A DNA stretch of 64,000 bases from positions 7,606 to 71,605 of the IMG/VR virus record IMGVR_UViG_3300023251_000001; one strand, given 5' to 3'. Under the pieces are notes generated by a model that saw only the letters and a list, made by a program, of their open reading frames with translations, was not told the origin of the DNA and did not search any database. Numbering within the stretch: position 1 is the stretch's first letter; every line of letters begins with the position of its first letter. Source of the DNA: a virus. The translations under genes and the position numbers were made by a program. This document shows positions 1 to 9,360 of this stretch, piece after piece.

Positions 1-832
1 TAATTTGGCACTTAGGCAGAGTGAAGGTAATCGTGGTGACCGCATCTGCGATTACATACGACAAAGCAGTAGCCGTTCCAGCTTGGAATTGTGTCAGAAA
101 CGGAATACTTGCATTAAGAGCCGACAAAGGATTAAATGATCCTTCTGCATTTCTTGCGGTAATATCAATTCCTGCGATACCATACGCTCCACCAGTTGAG
201 TCAAGAGTTGGTCGCGCATAAAGTGTATTCTTCAAACCGAACGACAGTGATTCAACTTCTGGAAGAGTGCCGCCCCAAGAAAGAGCCTGATTGATACAGA
301 CAAAAGGCTTGCTAATGTCCCCGCCGCAAGGCCCAACTGGGAATACGAGAGGAGCATAAGGCGTGAAGAGTGATTGGAATGTGAATGATGCCTTTGCGGG
401 TTTTCCAGCTTCTAGAGTAAATTCAACATCTCCTCTAGCTCCGCTCGCTTTCCAAACCTGTCCGTCTAGATGCACCCACAAAGTAACAGAACTTGCCCCG
501 GCGGGATAAGTTGTATACGGAGTGTAAGCACCCGCTAAATATGCGTACCCGCATGCTTTAAGCAGCGCGTCGCACGGCGCGATTAACGGAGTCGCGGGAG
601 TTGCTCCTGTGCCAGTTAGTTCATGATCGAATGTAATGTCGAGATACTGCTTGCCTAACGTACCTTCTCTTGCAGACATAGAACAGTCCTGCGTTTCAGT
701 GTCATTCCACTCAGTATTAGGACTTACGCTTACGTTGTATGCGCCAACCATGTCTGTAGCCGCTGCAGGAGTGGTATCAGCGCCATACGTAGTTTCTAGC
801 TTAGCCAGCACCATAGTTTTTTCAGTTAGCAT
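1..832 (-). CDS. major tail / tail tube protein (3'-truncated by window edge)
   Basis: Manual translation from ATG at 832: MLTEKTMVLAKLETTYGADTTP...LLKACGY...GDVEFTLEAGKPAKASFTF. Typical tail-tube pattern; lies downstream of neck genes. Not in ORF track. Confidence 0.75.
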   Translation of the reverse strand, partial: MLTEKTMVLAKLETTYGADTTPAAATDMVGAYNVSVSPNTEWNDTETQDCSMSAREGTLGKQYLDITFDHELTGTGATPATPLIAPCDALLKACGYAYLAGAYTPYTTYPAGASSVTLWVHLDGQVWKASGARGDVEFTLEAGKPAKASFTFQSLFTPYAPLVFPVGPCGGDISKPFVCINQALSWGGTLPEVESLSFGLKNTLYARPTLDSTGGAYGIAGIDITARNAEGSFNPLSALNASIPFLTQFQAGTATALSYVIADAVTTITFTLPKCQI

Positions 833-963
833 TATTTGTTCTCCTCTACTTCAGCTGGCTTGTCTGTGGTCTTCACAACAGGCGCTTTAGTCTTTGTAAC
901 AGTTACCGGTTCCTTCTCTTTCTTAGGTGGTTTTGGTGGGCCACCATAAAATGTCTTTCCCAT
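832..963 (-). CDS. small Lys/Pro-rich hypothetical protein (43 aa)
   Basis: MGKTFYGGPPKPPKKEKEP...; AGGAGA SD; stop overlaps tail-tube ATG. Confidence 0.55.
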   Translation of the reverse strand: MGKTFYGGPPKPPKKEKEPVTVTKTKAPVVKTTDKPAEVEENK

Positions 964-972
964 GATTATCTC

Positions 973-1461
973 CTATAGTGTTGTGTCAACCCTAGCTTTA
1001 GTGAAAACCCACACAGAACCAACGTAAGCTGCTTCTGTTTCGTCTCTGGTTGCTCTGGTATAATTGATGCTGAATTCTGGACCGAACATGGTTATGTATT
1101 CTCTTCCGTAGTCGCCAGCATTGAATTTCTTCATGAATTTCACAAGTGCGTCTCCATACCTATGCTTCATTTTGTCAAGCTTTGTTGGATCTTGCTCAAT
1201 CATTATGATTACTACTGCTATCTCGTTATCAGCAACTAGCTCGCACCCCAATGACAGAGTTGAATCAACATCTTGTTTAGCACCGAGGATTTGACATACT
1301 GGATACTTGTTATAGATTGTGAAATTAGGATCAAAGTCCCACGAATAACTAGCAGGGACAGGAAGTTCCAAAGTCTCTCCTAGTCTCGTTCTGTAGTCGT
1401 CAAGGACATCATCAAAGTTCACCTTTAACTTTCTCTCAAGTTCATATTTGATTGCTTCCAT
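973..1461 (-). CDS. putative tail terminator / neck protein
   Basis: Position between virion-morphogenesis gene and tail tube; start re-assigned to MEAIKYEL (GAGGAG SD). Confidence 0.5.
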   Translation of the reverse strand: MEAIKYELERKLKVNFDDVLDDYRTRLGETLELPVPASYSWDFDPNFTIYNKYPVCQILGAKQDVDSTLSLGCELVADNEIAVVIIMIEQDPTKLDKMKHRYGDALVKFMKKFNAGDYGREYITMFGPEFSINYTRATRDETEAAYVGSVWVFTKARVDTTL

Positions 1462-1991
1462 TATGACTCCTCGAAACCATAATCTTCCATCATTGCAGAC
1501 TTCCAGTTGCCTTCTTGTCTTCCAATCTCCCACATTGCGTAGTCACGTATCATCCTAACCCACTTAGACGCAGTGCCAACAGGAACTTCGATTACTTTCC
1601 TGACTGGGTTGTTCCCAAGTCCATGCTGATGAGCGTAAGGATAGTGATAACCATTCTTGCTAGTGGTGCTGGTTCCAATCTTCAATTCGCGAGGAGAGAT
1701 ATTATTTATGCTTCCACGCGCTGTTTGTGTGGTAAGAGAGTCTCTCATTCCTCCGAACAGAACCATTATTGGCTGACCTGGGGCAACACGCGCCTTCCAA
1801 GCTGCATACTTATCGGTCAATGGTTGCCATGGAGTATAGCCACCAATAGTAAACTGTTGCTTCATCAAACGATAAAAGTCTTGGCTAATATTTTCGAAAG
1901 CAGGAGAGAAGTCTTTCACTCTTTCGCCTATGCCATCTATCGTTTTAAGTATCTTGTCTTCACCAGCAATCTCAAACGAAAGCTGAAACAT
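1461..1991 (-). CDS. phage virion morphogenesis protein (Mu gpG / tail-completion-like)
   Basis: QF..GG..PWQPL..KY, G.MRDSL, IGT...Y..AHQHG motifs; start at MFQLSFEI. Confidence 0.7.
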   Translation of the reverse strand: MFQLSFEIAGEDKILKTIDGIGERVKDFSPAFENISQDFYRLMKQQFTIGGYTPWQPLTDKYAAWKARVAPGQPIMVLFGGMRDSLTTQTARGSINNISPRELKIGTSTTSKNGYHYPYAHQHGLGNNPVRKVIEVPVGTASKWVRMIRDYAMWEIGRQEGNWKSAMMEDYGFEES

Positions 1992-1992
1992 G

Positions 1993-2442
1993 TTAGTAAA
2001 CTTGCCCCATTTCATGCTTTAACGCATGTTGCAGCGGGTTTCCATCAAGAAACGTGCTTCTAATGTCAGTGTCTGCCTCGCTTGTTAAATCTATCGCGTC
2101 AACAAGAAAACGCGGTGAGTTTTCAATCCTATCCATGCCTTCTTTGTATCTTGCGTAGTACAATTCTTCGCGAGGCGACAAATTTAAGACGTTCCCACCG
2201 TAGGAACTTTGTGTCCTGGCACAAACGCCGTTCAGCACGATGTTGTGGAGAATTGAGTATGAGATTGGCTGTCCAGTTTTCGTCGGAACAGCTAATCTTG
2301 CTACATTGACACACCCTTTTATTTCTGACTCCACATCTAGAATTATGCTCTCTACCTCGGCGCTTGAGGGCTGGCTTGTCTCGCTAAACTCTATGGAAAG
2401 CTCGCTTCCTACGTCCCTACGAACTAAGAATTGTCCAGCCAT
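1993..2442 (-). CDS. head-tail adaptor (Mu gp36-like), putative
   Basis: Size, position, ESEIKG and YYARYKEGMDRI segments. Confidence 0.5.
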   Translation of the reverse strand: MAGQFLVRRDVGSELSIEFSETSQPSSAEVESIILDVESEIKGCVNVARLAVPTKTGQPISYSILHNIVLNGVCARTQSSYGGNVLNLSPREELYYARYKEGMDRIENSPRFLVDAIDLTSEADTDIRSTFLDGNPLQHALKHEMGQVY

Positions 2443-2445
2443 CTG

Positions 2446-3135
2446 TTACTCCTTTTCCATCCATTCGTTGAAGGTTTCTTCAGTAGCAATATTTCCATAC
2501 ACATGGTGATAGTTCTTATGGCATTTTTTACATAACGTTATTCCGTTGCTGAGTAATGTTCTTTCGTTTTTGTTGTCAGCGTAACCAAGAATGTGATGCG
2601 TGCGCAGCTTACCGCCTCTTTCACCACATTTTTGACATGTATAATCATCGCGCTCGAATACTGCTTTATGCCATTCTGAATATTCAGAGCAAGACCTATC
2701 GTTCAGCCTTTCCTCATCAGTCTTATCAAACTTCCAGCTAGGGCTAAGCGGCCCTTTCCTGCCTGTGACAGCCTCTACTTGAAGACAACCGCAAGATTTT
2801 GTGGATGCACTAATCAACGCGTCTGATCTAATATAACAAATATTTCCGCAACTGCACAAACACCGCCACATGACAGATCCATTGCTGCTTCTTCTGTCAG
2901 TCGCCTCTATGGCTACAAGCCTGCCAGATCTTAATCCAGAAAGATCTTTTTTCTTTGCACATCCACAAGAAATAATAGTTTTAGTTTTCAAACTGCTTGT
3001 ATCTACGTAAGCGACACCGCCACACTCACATGAGCATTCCCAAACAATGTTGTGGCCCATCCTTTTTTCTGTCGGCCTAATAGCGGTCAATCTTCCGCAC
3101 TTAAACCCTGTATAATCTTTAGCGCTCGGATGCAT
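2446..3135 (-). CDS. HNH homing endonuclease (copy 1 of 3)
   Basis: Two DLxGxRxGRLxA...W.C.C.CG repeats; C-terminal VFERDDYTCQKCG...HH...NGITLCKKCH. Confidence 0.9.
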   Translation of the reverse strand: MHPSAKDYTGFKCGRLTAIRPTEKRMGHNIVWECSCECGGVAYVDTSSLKTKTIISCGCAKKKDLSGLRSGRLVAIEATDRRSSNGSVMWRCLCSCGNICYIRSDALISASTKSCGCLQVEAVTGRKGPLSPSWKFDKTDEERLNDRSCSEYSEWHKAVFERDDYTCQKCGERGGKLRTHHILGYADNKNERTLLSNGITLCKKCHKNYHHVYGNIATEETFNEWMEKE

Positions 3136-3140
3136 ATGAA

Positions 3141-3464
3141 TTAGCTTGAAACAAACTTTTCATAAAGATCCAAATCGTCAAGCGTGATTTGATTCGCTTC
3201 GTTCTTCTTAACGAATACCTGTTTCACTTTGTTGAAAATAATCTCATCGATGGTGAAGTTTCGCGTAGATTCAGAAGATTCTTTCCAATGGGTTTCCCCG
3301 GTATCGCTGTCGTACTCCATTCCAATCTCTTTTAGCTCGGCTGAATCGAAACCTATATCATCCATCACATTTTTCATAACACGCATTGTAATAATATCAC
3401 TCTGCATGCCTTTAAGAATTTGTAATAGTATAATCCTCTCTTTAATTGCAAGTTCAATATTCAT
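3141..3464 (-). CDS. hypothetical protein with own promoter
   Basis: Start at MNIELAIK with AGGAGGG SD; sigma70-type promoter at 3493-3521. Confidence 0.7.
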   Translation of the reverse strand: MNIELAIKERIILLQILKGMQSDIITMRVMKNVMDDIGFDSAELKEIGMEYDSDTGETHWKESSESTRNFTIDEIIFNKVKQVFVKKNEANQITLDDLDLYEKFVSS

Positions 3465-3492
3465 TTTTCCCTCCTGGGGTTTTGTTTCATAC

Positions 3493-3521
3493 ATTATAAC
3501 ATAAAAAGCATCGTTCGTCAA
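3493..3521 (-). promoter_or_regulatory. phage sigma70-type promoter
   Basis: gacTTGACG-17bp-TATAAT with TGn extended -10. Confidence 0.8.
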
Positions 3522-3534
3522 GTCACTTAAAATA

Positions 3535-3559
3535 GGGGTGAGGCTATGAACCTCACCCC
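3535..3559 (-). terminator. intrinsic terminator after head operon
   Basis: GGGGTGAGG-loop-CCTCACCCC hairpin with A/T-rich flanks. Confidence 0.7.
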
Positions 3560-3567
3560 GTTATTAT

Positions 3568-4449
3568 TTAAGCTGTGGCCGCAAAGTATTGTAGATACTT
3601 CGGTGTCCCATCGATTGTGATTACAACTGATCCTTCTGCTGCAACTCCAGCACCCGTAGCCGCCGCTACAACTGGAGCTGTTCCTGCAGCTGGCAACGCA
3701 AACAGGTTAGTGTGCGCGCCAACAACGGCCAGCACGTTAGTAGGCGTACTAGTCGTATTCTCAGAATGGAAAGCACTGGTTAGTGTGCCAGAAGCATTGA
3801 CCCGATAACCGGTATCAAGCTTTGATCCAGCTTGCACTCCCAGATAGATTCCACATGTATCAACTGTCATTGCGTTTGTTTCGCGCCAGTTGATGCGGAT
3901 TCCACTTACCTTTCCGTAGAAAGGTGAGCCTGTTCCAGTGATGTCTTCTGTGCCGTGAACCATTACGCCAATACCGGCTATGTTGCCAGTTTCAGCCATA
4001 TTGCAAGCAGCCGTTTCCAGCGTTGCGAATACACCATAAACCTGATTAACTTCCGGTATTTCACTTCCTACGGCACCGTCAATTGTGACAGCGCCACGGA
4101 TAGCATAAGAGTCAGTCAAATCATGCTTAATATCAATTCGACCATAAACTGCCTGAGCTACTGCATTCGTGCCAGAATCACCAGTTGTGGTGAACTTGAC
4201 GTGAAGTGGGATGATGTTTGAATCATCATCAGTGCTTCCAGAAATATGGATGCACTGACCAATTACATGCTCAGAGACTTCACCAAATGCGATAGCATTT
4301 GAATAATCACCCAAGGCAATGGCGGCACCGGTAATACCAGTCCCCCATGTACCTGAAATATCAATGTGATGGTCATCCACCACGCCTAACATCGTTAGAG
4401 TGTTAGCCCACAGAGGATATCGACCACGAATCTTTCTGTTAAACTTCAT
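3568..4449 (-). CDS. virion-associated beta-rich protein (head fibre/decoration?)
   Basis: Gly/Thr/Ala-rich; directly downstream of MCP. Confidence 0.45.
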   Translation of the reverse strand: MKFNRKIRGRYPLWANTLTMLGVVDDHHIDISGTWGTGITGAAIALGDYSNAIAFGEVSEHVIGQCIHISGSTDDDSNIIPLHVKFTTTGDSGTNAVAQAVYGRIDIKHDLTDSYAIRGAVTIDGAVGSEIPEVNQVYGVFATLETAACNMAETGNIAGIGVMVHGTEDITGTGSPFYGKVSGIRINWRETNAMTVDTCGIYLGVQAGSKLDTGYRVNASGTLTSAFHSENTTSTPTNVLAVVGAHTNLFALPAAGTAPVVAAATGAGVAAEGSVVITIDGTPKYLQYFAATA

Positions 4450-4458
4450 GGTCGCCTC

Positions 4459-5373
4459 CTAGGCTACGGCGATGGGGATGTAGTATCCGACGTCGGATGC
4501 TACGACCTTGAAGTCAAGGACGTTACCAGATTCGATATAGGTTGCCTCTTCAGGCTCATCGTACCATGTTCGGACTCTTGCATCGCGAGACATGAACGTA
4601 TACAACGCCGTTGGAGTCATGATGCCGGGACTAGGAGTAACATATGCGAAGAACGCATGCTTACCCCAGATCTGGGACATTGAAGCAGTTTGTGCCGGAT
4701 TGGCTGTGTTCTTGATAGAACGACCAATTAGGATTCGCTCAATGTCGAACGCCGCAGCTAGAAGCTGAGGTGTAGCAATTGAACGCTCAACAGATGAAAG
4801 AATGTCAAGGATATCAGGGTGGCGTCGAAGTTTCGACCATACCAAGCGTCCCATAACACCGGTGTTAAGTTCTTCTCCGGTAGCTGTACCAACGGTATCT
4901 TGAGCATCGATAATGTCTTCGATAGGCGTAGAGGCATCGCTGTCCCATGTAGTATCAAGAGTCTTATCAGTTCCCCAAGTTCCAGTAACATTTACAAGCG
5001 TTGCCAATTCAATATCGCGAGCCATTTCAATCTTGTCTGCTACGTATGCTGCCTTAGCAGAACGTAGAGTAAGAGGGCTGTCTGTGTTCGCTAGAACACG
5101 GTCAGCAATCTTGGTGGCAAGTGCGAATTCATCGCAGTTGTACGAATCAGTTGATACTGGGAAGCCACTTAGGCGAGCCTTAGTTCCAGGCGCACGAAGT
5201 GCTGCTTCGTTAGTAAACCATCTGGCTTTAGGGAAAGTGTAGTACTTATCACTTTCAAACTTCACCGGAATAAACGGAGCAAGTTCGCGATAGATGTACT
5301 TTTTGTTCCTGTAAGCGACGGCGATGTTGGTAAGAATCTTATCAACATGTACCTGTGATTTGGTAGGTTGCAT
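4459..5373 (-). CDS. major capsid protein
   Basis: VHVDKILTNIAVAYRN...PFIPV, SDASTPIEDI, WSKLRRHP motifs; follows decoration and protease genes. Confidence 0.85.
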   Translation of the reverse strand: MQPTKSQVHVDKILTNIAVAYRNKKYIYRELAPFIPVKFESDKYYTFPKARWFTNEAALRAPGTKARLSGFPVSTDSYNCDEFALATKIADRVLANTDSPLTLRSAKAAYVADKIEMARDIELATLVNVTGTWGTDKTLDTTWDSDASTPIEDIIDAQDTVGTATGEELNTGVMGRLVWSKLRRHPDILDILSSVERSIATPQLLAAAFDIERILIGRSIKNTANPAQTASMSQIWGKHAFFAYVTPSPGIMTPTALYTFMSRDARVRTWYDEPEEATYIESGNVLDFKVVASDVGYYIPIAVA

Positions 5374-5388
5374 TTTATTTCACCGTCC

Positions 5389-5769
5389 TTATGATGTAGA
5401 CATCTGACCGAACGGTCGCAAGAATACTTCAAACTCATCGCCGTCGGCAAGTGCCGCAGTCATTGCGATTCCAACAAAGTCATCAAGGTTTGTCGTAGTC
5501 GTCTGTAATTTTCCAGCAGAGTCAGGAGCTACATGATCAAACAGTGTAATAGCTGCTCCTGCTACGGCGATGGAAATGCCAATCATCCCAACTTCTGCCT
5601 CTTCGCCTTGAGCGTCAGGGCCATTCTGTAGGATTCCCAATGTTTCGCTTGTTGCATCTGCGAGTGCAACCTCTTCGTCTCCATTCAGCTGTACTGCGTA
5701 GCCGATGTAGTCGCTAAGGTCGCCGCTTGATGCCCAAGTATGTGAATAAATTATATATTCTAGGGCCAT
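5389..5769 (-). CDS. capsid cement/decoration protein (DUF2190-like)
   Basis: LGILQN.P...GEEAEV..IG.S...AG, VGIAMTAALADGD. Confidence 0.75.
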   Translation of the reverse strand: MALEYIIYSHTWASSGDLSDYIGYAVQLNGDEEVALADATSETLGILQNGPDAQGEEAEVGMIGISIAVAGAAITLFDHVAPDSAGKLQTTTTNLDDFVGIAMTAALADGDEFEVFLRPFGQMSTS

Positions 5770-6359
5770 TATTTCTCCTTGCCTATTCTAGATTCTGCTT
5801 TTAGAACGGCATCCATGTAGCCAAGGTCGCTGTCAGCGTCCTGTAGCTTGATGGCCTCATTGTGTAGTCGATCCTCATATTCTAGGGTTGTGTTGCCTTC
5901 TCCACCTAGCTCTTCTAGATTGACTACTGGACTACGCGCTTCAAGAACTGAAACGGTAGTTGCCTGATCTGCCTTATAAAGCAGCTTGAAGTTGTCCATT
6001 TCGGCAGGAAGCATCTTGCCTTGAGAAACCATGCTAGACAGGAATACATCTCTGTCTTTATCGAACAGCTGTACTTCAAGGGCGACACTCTTCGCTTGTT
6101 CAGCGACGAAGTCTGCGGATAGCTTAACAACCTTGTCGTTAAGTTCAGACAACTCAATCGTTGTCTCTGCGTCCGGTTCCTTGTCTTCTAGCTGTGTAGT
6201 CATTTCCGTAACCTTGCCGGTTAGTGTTGCAACCTGCTCGGTTAGAGTTGTGACTTCTTTGCCTTGGTCCTCAATGACCTGAAGGACTACATCCTCAATG
6301 TTCGAGGTGTCTTCCAACTTTACTCCTGCGTCCTGGAGGAACTTTTTCAATTTGTCCAT
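5769..6359 (-). CDS. in-frame internal scaffolding protein (Mu gpZ-like)
   Basis: AAGGAG-AAACT-ATG (MDKLKKF) inside protease gene, followed by coiled-coil region. Confidence 0.6.
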   Translation of the reverse strand: MDKLKKFLQDAGVKLEDTSNIEDVVLQVIEDQGKEVTTLTEQVATLTGKVTEMTTQLEDKEPDAETTIELSELNDKVVKLSADFVAEQAKSVALEVQLFDKDRDVFLSSMVSQGKMLPAEMDNFKLLYKADQATTVSVLEARSPVVNLEELGGEGNTTLEYEDRLHNEAIKLQDADSDLGYMDAVLKAESRIGKEK

Positions 6360-7025
6360 AGTTTCTCCTTGTACCTCTGTAAAAATTTCCACGTCTTCAT
6401 TGATGATATTTAATTCACCAAATAAAGGGTGCGTATAATCCCCTTCTCTTAATATCTCTATTTCATCCGGGTTATCACTTACCGGTCGCATGCCCCTAAC
6501 AAAGGGGCGGTTAGTTAAAGTCGCTGCCTTTAGTACGTTTTTGGTTTGTTTGTGCGATTCCGGATCTGTTGTCTTACCGTATTCAGACGAGATATAGTCG
6601 TAACGAGGGACTTGTTCCTTTCCAAAGTTGGTCCAGTCTACGTTAGCAAACAATGCTTGCTTCCCTATCTTAGACGTCGATGGTTTGATAGACAATCCCT
6701 TAATCCATCCTGCTGCTCCTTTTGATGGAGTGTGGGTTATGTCAATCGCTACTTTTGTTCCTAGTATTCCGCTGTCAAAGTTTTCTTTCATTTCCTGTAA
6801 GCTGGTTAGTCTCGCAAGCTTGACATCATCGTACACTAGCTTTTCGGCTTTTGTGTCTACGTTCTTAAGTGCAACTGCTATCGCTATCCTAGCCGCTTCT
6901 TCAACGGTCGCGCCGTCTTCAATGGCTTGAAGATTGATAGACTCTGCCTGCTTAATTGCTTTCCCTCTAGCCTCTTTGTCCAAAGACTTAAAAGCATTTG
7001 GGTAATTCTTTGAATCCCAAGGCAT
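5769..7025 (-). CDS. Mu gpI-like prohead protease fused to C-terminal scaffold; N-terminal MPW..YP domain
   Basis: IDITH..GAAGWI, VDWT..G, YISSE, ATLTNRPF motifs; start at MPWDSKNYP (AGGAGA SD); coiled-coil C-terminus. Confidence 0.85.
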   Translation of the reverse strand: MPWDSKNYPNAFKSLDKEARGKAIKQAESINLQAIEDGATVEEAARIAIAVALKNVDTKAEKLVYDDVKLARLTSLQEMKENFDSGILGTKVAIDITHTPSKGAAGWIKGLSIKPSTSKIGKQALFANVDWTNFGKEQVPRYDYISSEYGKTTDPESHKQTKNVLKAATLTNRPFVRGMRPVSDNPDEIEILREGDYTHPLFGELNIINEDVEIFTEVQGETMDKLKKFLQDAGVKLEDTSNIEDVVLQVIEDQGKEVTTLTEQVATLTGKVTEMTTQLEDKEPDAETTIELSELNDKVVKLSADFVAEQAKSVALEVQLFDKDRDVFLSSMVSQGKMLPAEMDNFKLLYKADQATTVSVLEARSPVVNLEELGGEGNTTLEYEDRLHNEAIKLQDADSDLGYMDAVLKAESRIGKEK

Positions 7026-7179
7026 TGTGTCTCCTTGACATCTTCTGTGTTTTGTGCTATAGTGGTGTCGATAAGGACGGATTGCCTTATCAACTCCTTT
7101 GATTTGGGGAAGAAGGGACGGCTGTTTAGGCTGTCCCTTTCTTCTTGGTGACATTTGTCCTATATTACTTTATCCTTAT

Positions 7180-9360
7180 TTACATGAACTGTGACACGCT
7201 TACGCCTTGTCTTAGTACCCATATCGTAATACATCTGCAAGGATTGCCACCAGAACCGTATTGATTTCCTAAGCAATCTGGGTTAGGCGTCGTGAAGAAA
7301 CCTTCCTCAGAACTTCTGCCGTGCATGTCAGAACATACGTAACATGTGTTCATGTCAAGTACTGCGCTGTAATATGAGACAGAGATTAGATTCACGTACT
7401 CATTCGCGTATCCTTCTCTTCCAAAACCAAATGCCCAGTTAATGGATTGAGCCTCTTTATCTACATGAGTGTCGCTGATCGACCATGCTCGTCTTGAGAC
7501 ATCGTCCCATCTTGCTTCACCTTTAGATGCAATCTCTGTAGTTACGCTATCTATAATGCTTCTGTGGACTATCTCTGACAGTGAAGACGCAGCTGACGAT
7601 GCAGCTATCGCAAGGAGGATCATTCGATCTTCATCCTCTTGCTCTTCTTCATCCGGATATTCTGCTAAGGAAGTGTCAGTCTGTTTGATAAATTCTCTCC
7701 GGACAGACGCTCTTCCTTCTACATAAACATCATTCATTATCTCAAGAAATTCTCCTGACATCTCTTCGATGAAAGGCATCTTCAGCAACGATAATTGTTT
7801 AGCTTCAGAACCTGTAACCGTTCCGCCAACAAAATCACCTAGTGCATCAAGCTGTTGCTTGAGATACTTTCTCCAAATAACTTTCCATTCAGAAGTAGCT
7901 GTGTCTAGGACTGACTCTATTCTCGCAAAGTCCACATTTTCTTCCCAAGGTAGGCGTTGAATTGCATTCTCTCCGAGTAGCGGCTGTTCAAGTTTGGTGT
8001 CTTCAGGCTTTGCAGGAGTTTCAGGAGTTGCAGGCTTTTCAGCTGGCAAGCCCTTGTTATCAGGAACACCGTTGTTGTCTTGATTAACCTCAGTCTCTAG
8101 CGGTTCAGTAGGAACAAGATTCTCAGTAGGTACGCCAACCAGTCTCCTAGTATGCTTCTCTAGCGACTCATCATGGATTAGTGCGCCTGACTGTACGAGT
8201 TGTGCAATCGTAGCAAGAACTGCTGAGGAGTTGTCTTTCTTAATCTTCTCACACTTCCATACAGGATAACCTTCAACCTCGCCAAAGTTAACATCGACTA
8301 GATACTTAAGGCCTTCGTTCTCTCCGAAGTTTCCGAATGAGATTACCTGGCTGATGTATCTTACAAAGGCACCTAGAGACATAAGGAACAGTGAAGACAT
8401 GTCCTCTGCTACGGCCCTTGCGCCTGTCTTTGTATCTCCTAAGTTGATGAATTGAGCTAGTACTGATCGTGCAATCTGAACATTGTGATGTTCGATAGCT
8501 TCGATGAGTCCTGTAGCGCCAGCCTCTCCACCTTCCGGAACGAGAATCTTGATAGCTTTATCAATGTCCGTTCCTCTAGGAAGCAACAAGTATCCCAGTT
8601 CATTCGAACGCATATTCTTCATTGACTCAGCAAGCGCTTTCATCTGCTCGTCTGTAGCCATTGAGTCTAGCGTTCCGACTGGTACACCTATTCCGTATCG
8701 CTCGTGTCTGATGATAAGGACATTGTAGAGAGTATTCTTATGGTCCCAATGCTTATAAGCACCACGTAGAATTGATTGTCCTTCGAAGTTATATCCATTC
8801 TGCCAGTTAGTGAATCTAAGAATCTTGGTTCCAGGTATCTTGTACTCTTTGTACTTGTCAGCTTTGTAATCCCATGCATATTGGACGACTTCTTTAAGAT
8901 AGCCGTCATCTGGAATCCAATCCTGTACAGTCCATGGTAAGCGAGGGGCTAACCTAGACCAGATGACTTTCCCATCAACAACTTCGTAAATAGGTTCGAA
9001 TAACATGAAGCCATACAATAAACAGTTCAAGGCTTGACGTAAAATGTCAGGCCACATCGGACGAATCATTGTTTCTAAAAACTCTGCAATCTCTTTATCT
9101 TTTTTATCATCACTGAAGGGCACCATGTCCCAGTCAGCTTGTTGGATGGCTAGGCTAATCGCATTCCACACAGCAAAGACCTGACCATCACCGTTGACCA
9201 TTTTATCGATCATGTCAATGGTAAATTTTGTATTGTAGTCTTCTCCTAGCGGTTGTGTAGGGATAAATGGACGCTGTACTTCTCCGCCTGAAATATCAGA
9301 ACCAGCAACACCCATAATAGACATCTTTGGTTTTTGTATCGTTAGTTTTTTGACAGCCAT
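7180..9360 (-). CDS. portal protein (Mu gp29/DUF935-like) with C-terminal MuF-like minor head domain
   Basis: LLYGFM.FE, GQSILRGAY, ERYGIGVP, IARSVLAQF, GARAVAE motifs; C-terminal YSAVLD.NTC.VC..MHG...CRC. Confidence 0.85.
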   Translation of the reverse strand: MAVKKLTIQKPKMSIMGVAGSDISGGEVQRPFIPTQPLGEDYNTKFTIDMIDKMVNGDGQVFAVWNAISLAIQQADWDMVPFSDDKKDKEIAEFLETMIRPMWPDILRQALNCLLYGFMLFEPIYEVVDGKVIWSRLAPRLPWTVQDWIPDDGYLKEVVQYAWDYKADKYKEYKIPGTKILRFTNWQNGYNFEGQSILRGAYKHWDHKNTLYNVLIIRHERYGIGVPVGTLDSMATDEQMKALAESMKNMRSNELGYLLLPRGTDIDKAIKILVPEGGEAGATGLIEAIEHHNVQIARSVLAQFINLGDTKTGARAVAEDMSSLFLMSLGAFVRYISQVISFGNFGENEGLKYLVDVNFGEVEGYPVWKCEKIKKDNSSAVLATIAQLVQSGALIHDESLEKHTRRLVGVPTENLVPTEPLETEVNQDNNGVPDNKGLPAEKPATPETPAKPEDTKLEQPLLGENAIQRLPWEENVDFARIESVLDTATSEWKVIWRKYLKQQLDALGDFVGGTVTGSEAKQLSLLKMPFIEEMSGEFLEIMNDVYVEGRASVRREFIKQTDTSLAEYPDEEEQEDEDRMILLAIAASSAASSLSEIVHRSIIDSVTTEIASKGEARWDDVSRRAWSISDTHVDKEAQSINWAFGFGREGYANEYVNLISVSYYSAVLDMNTCYVCSDMHGRSSEEGFFTTPNPDCLGNQYGSGGNPCRCITIWVLRQGVSVSQFM

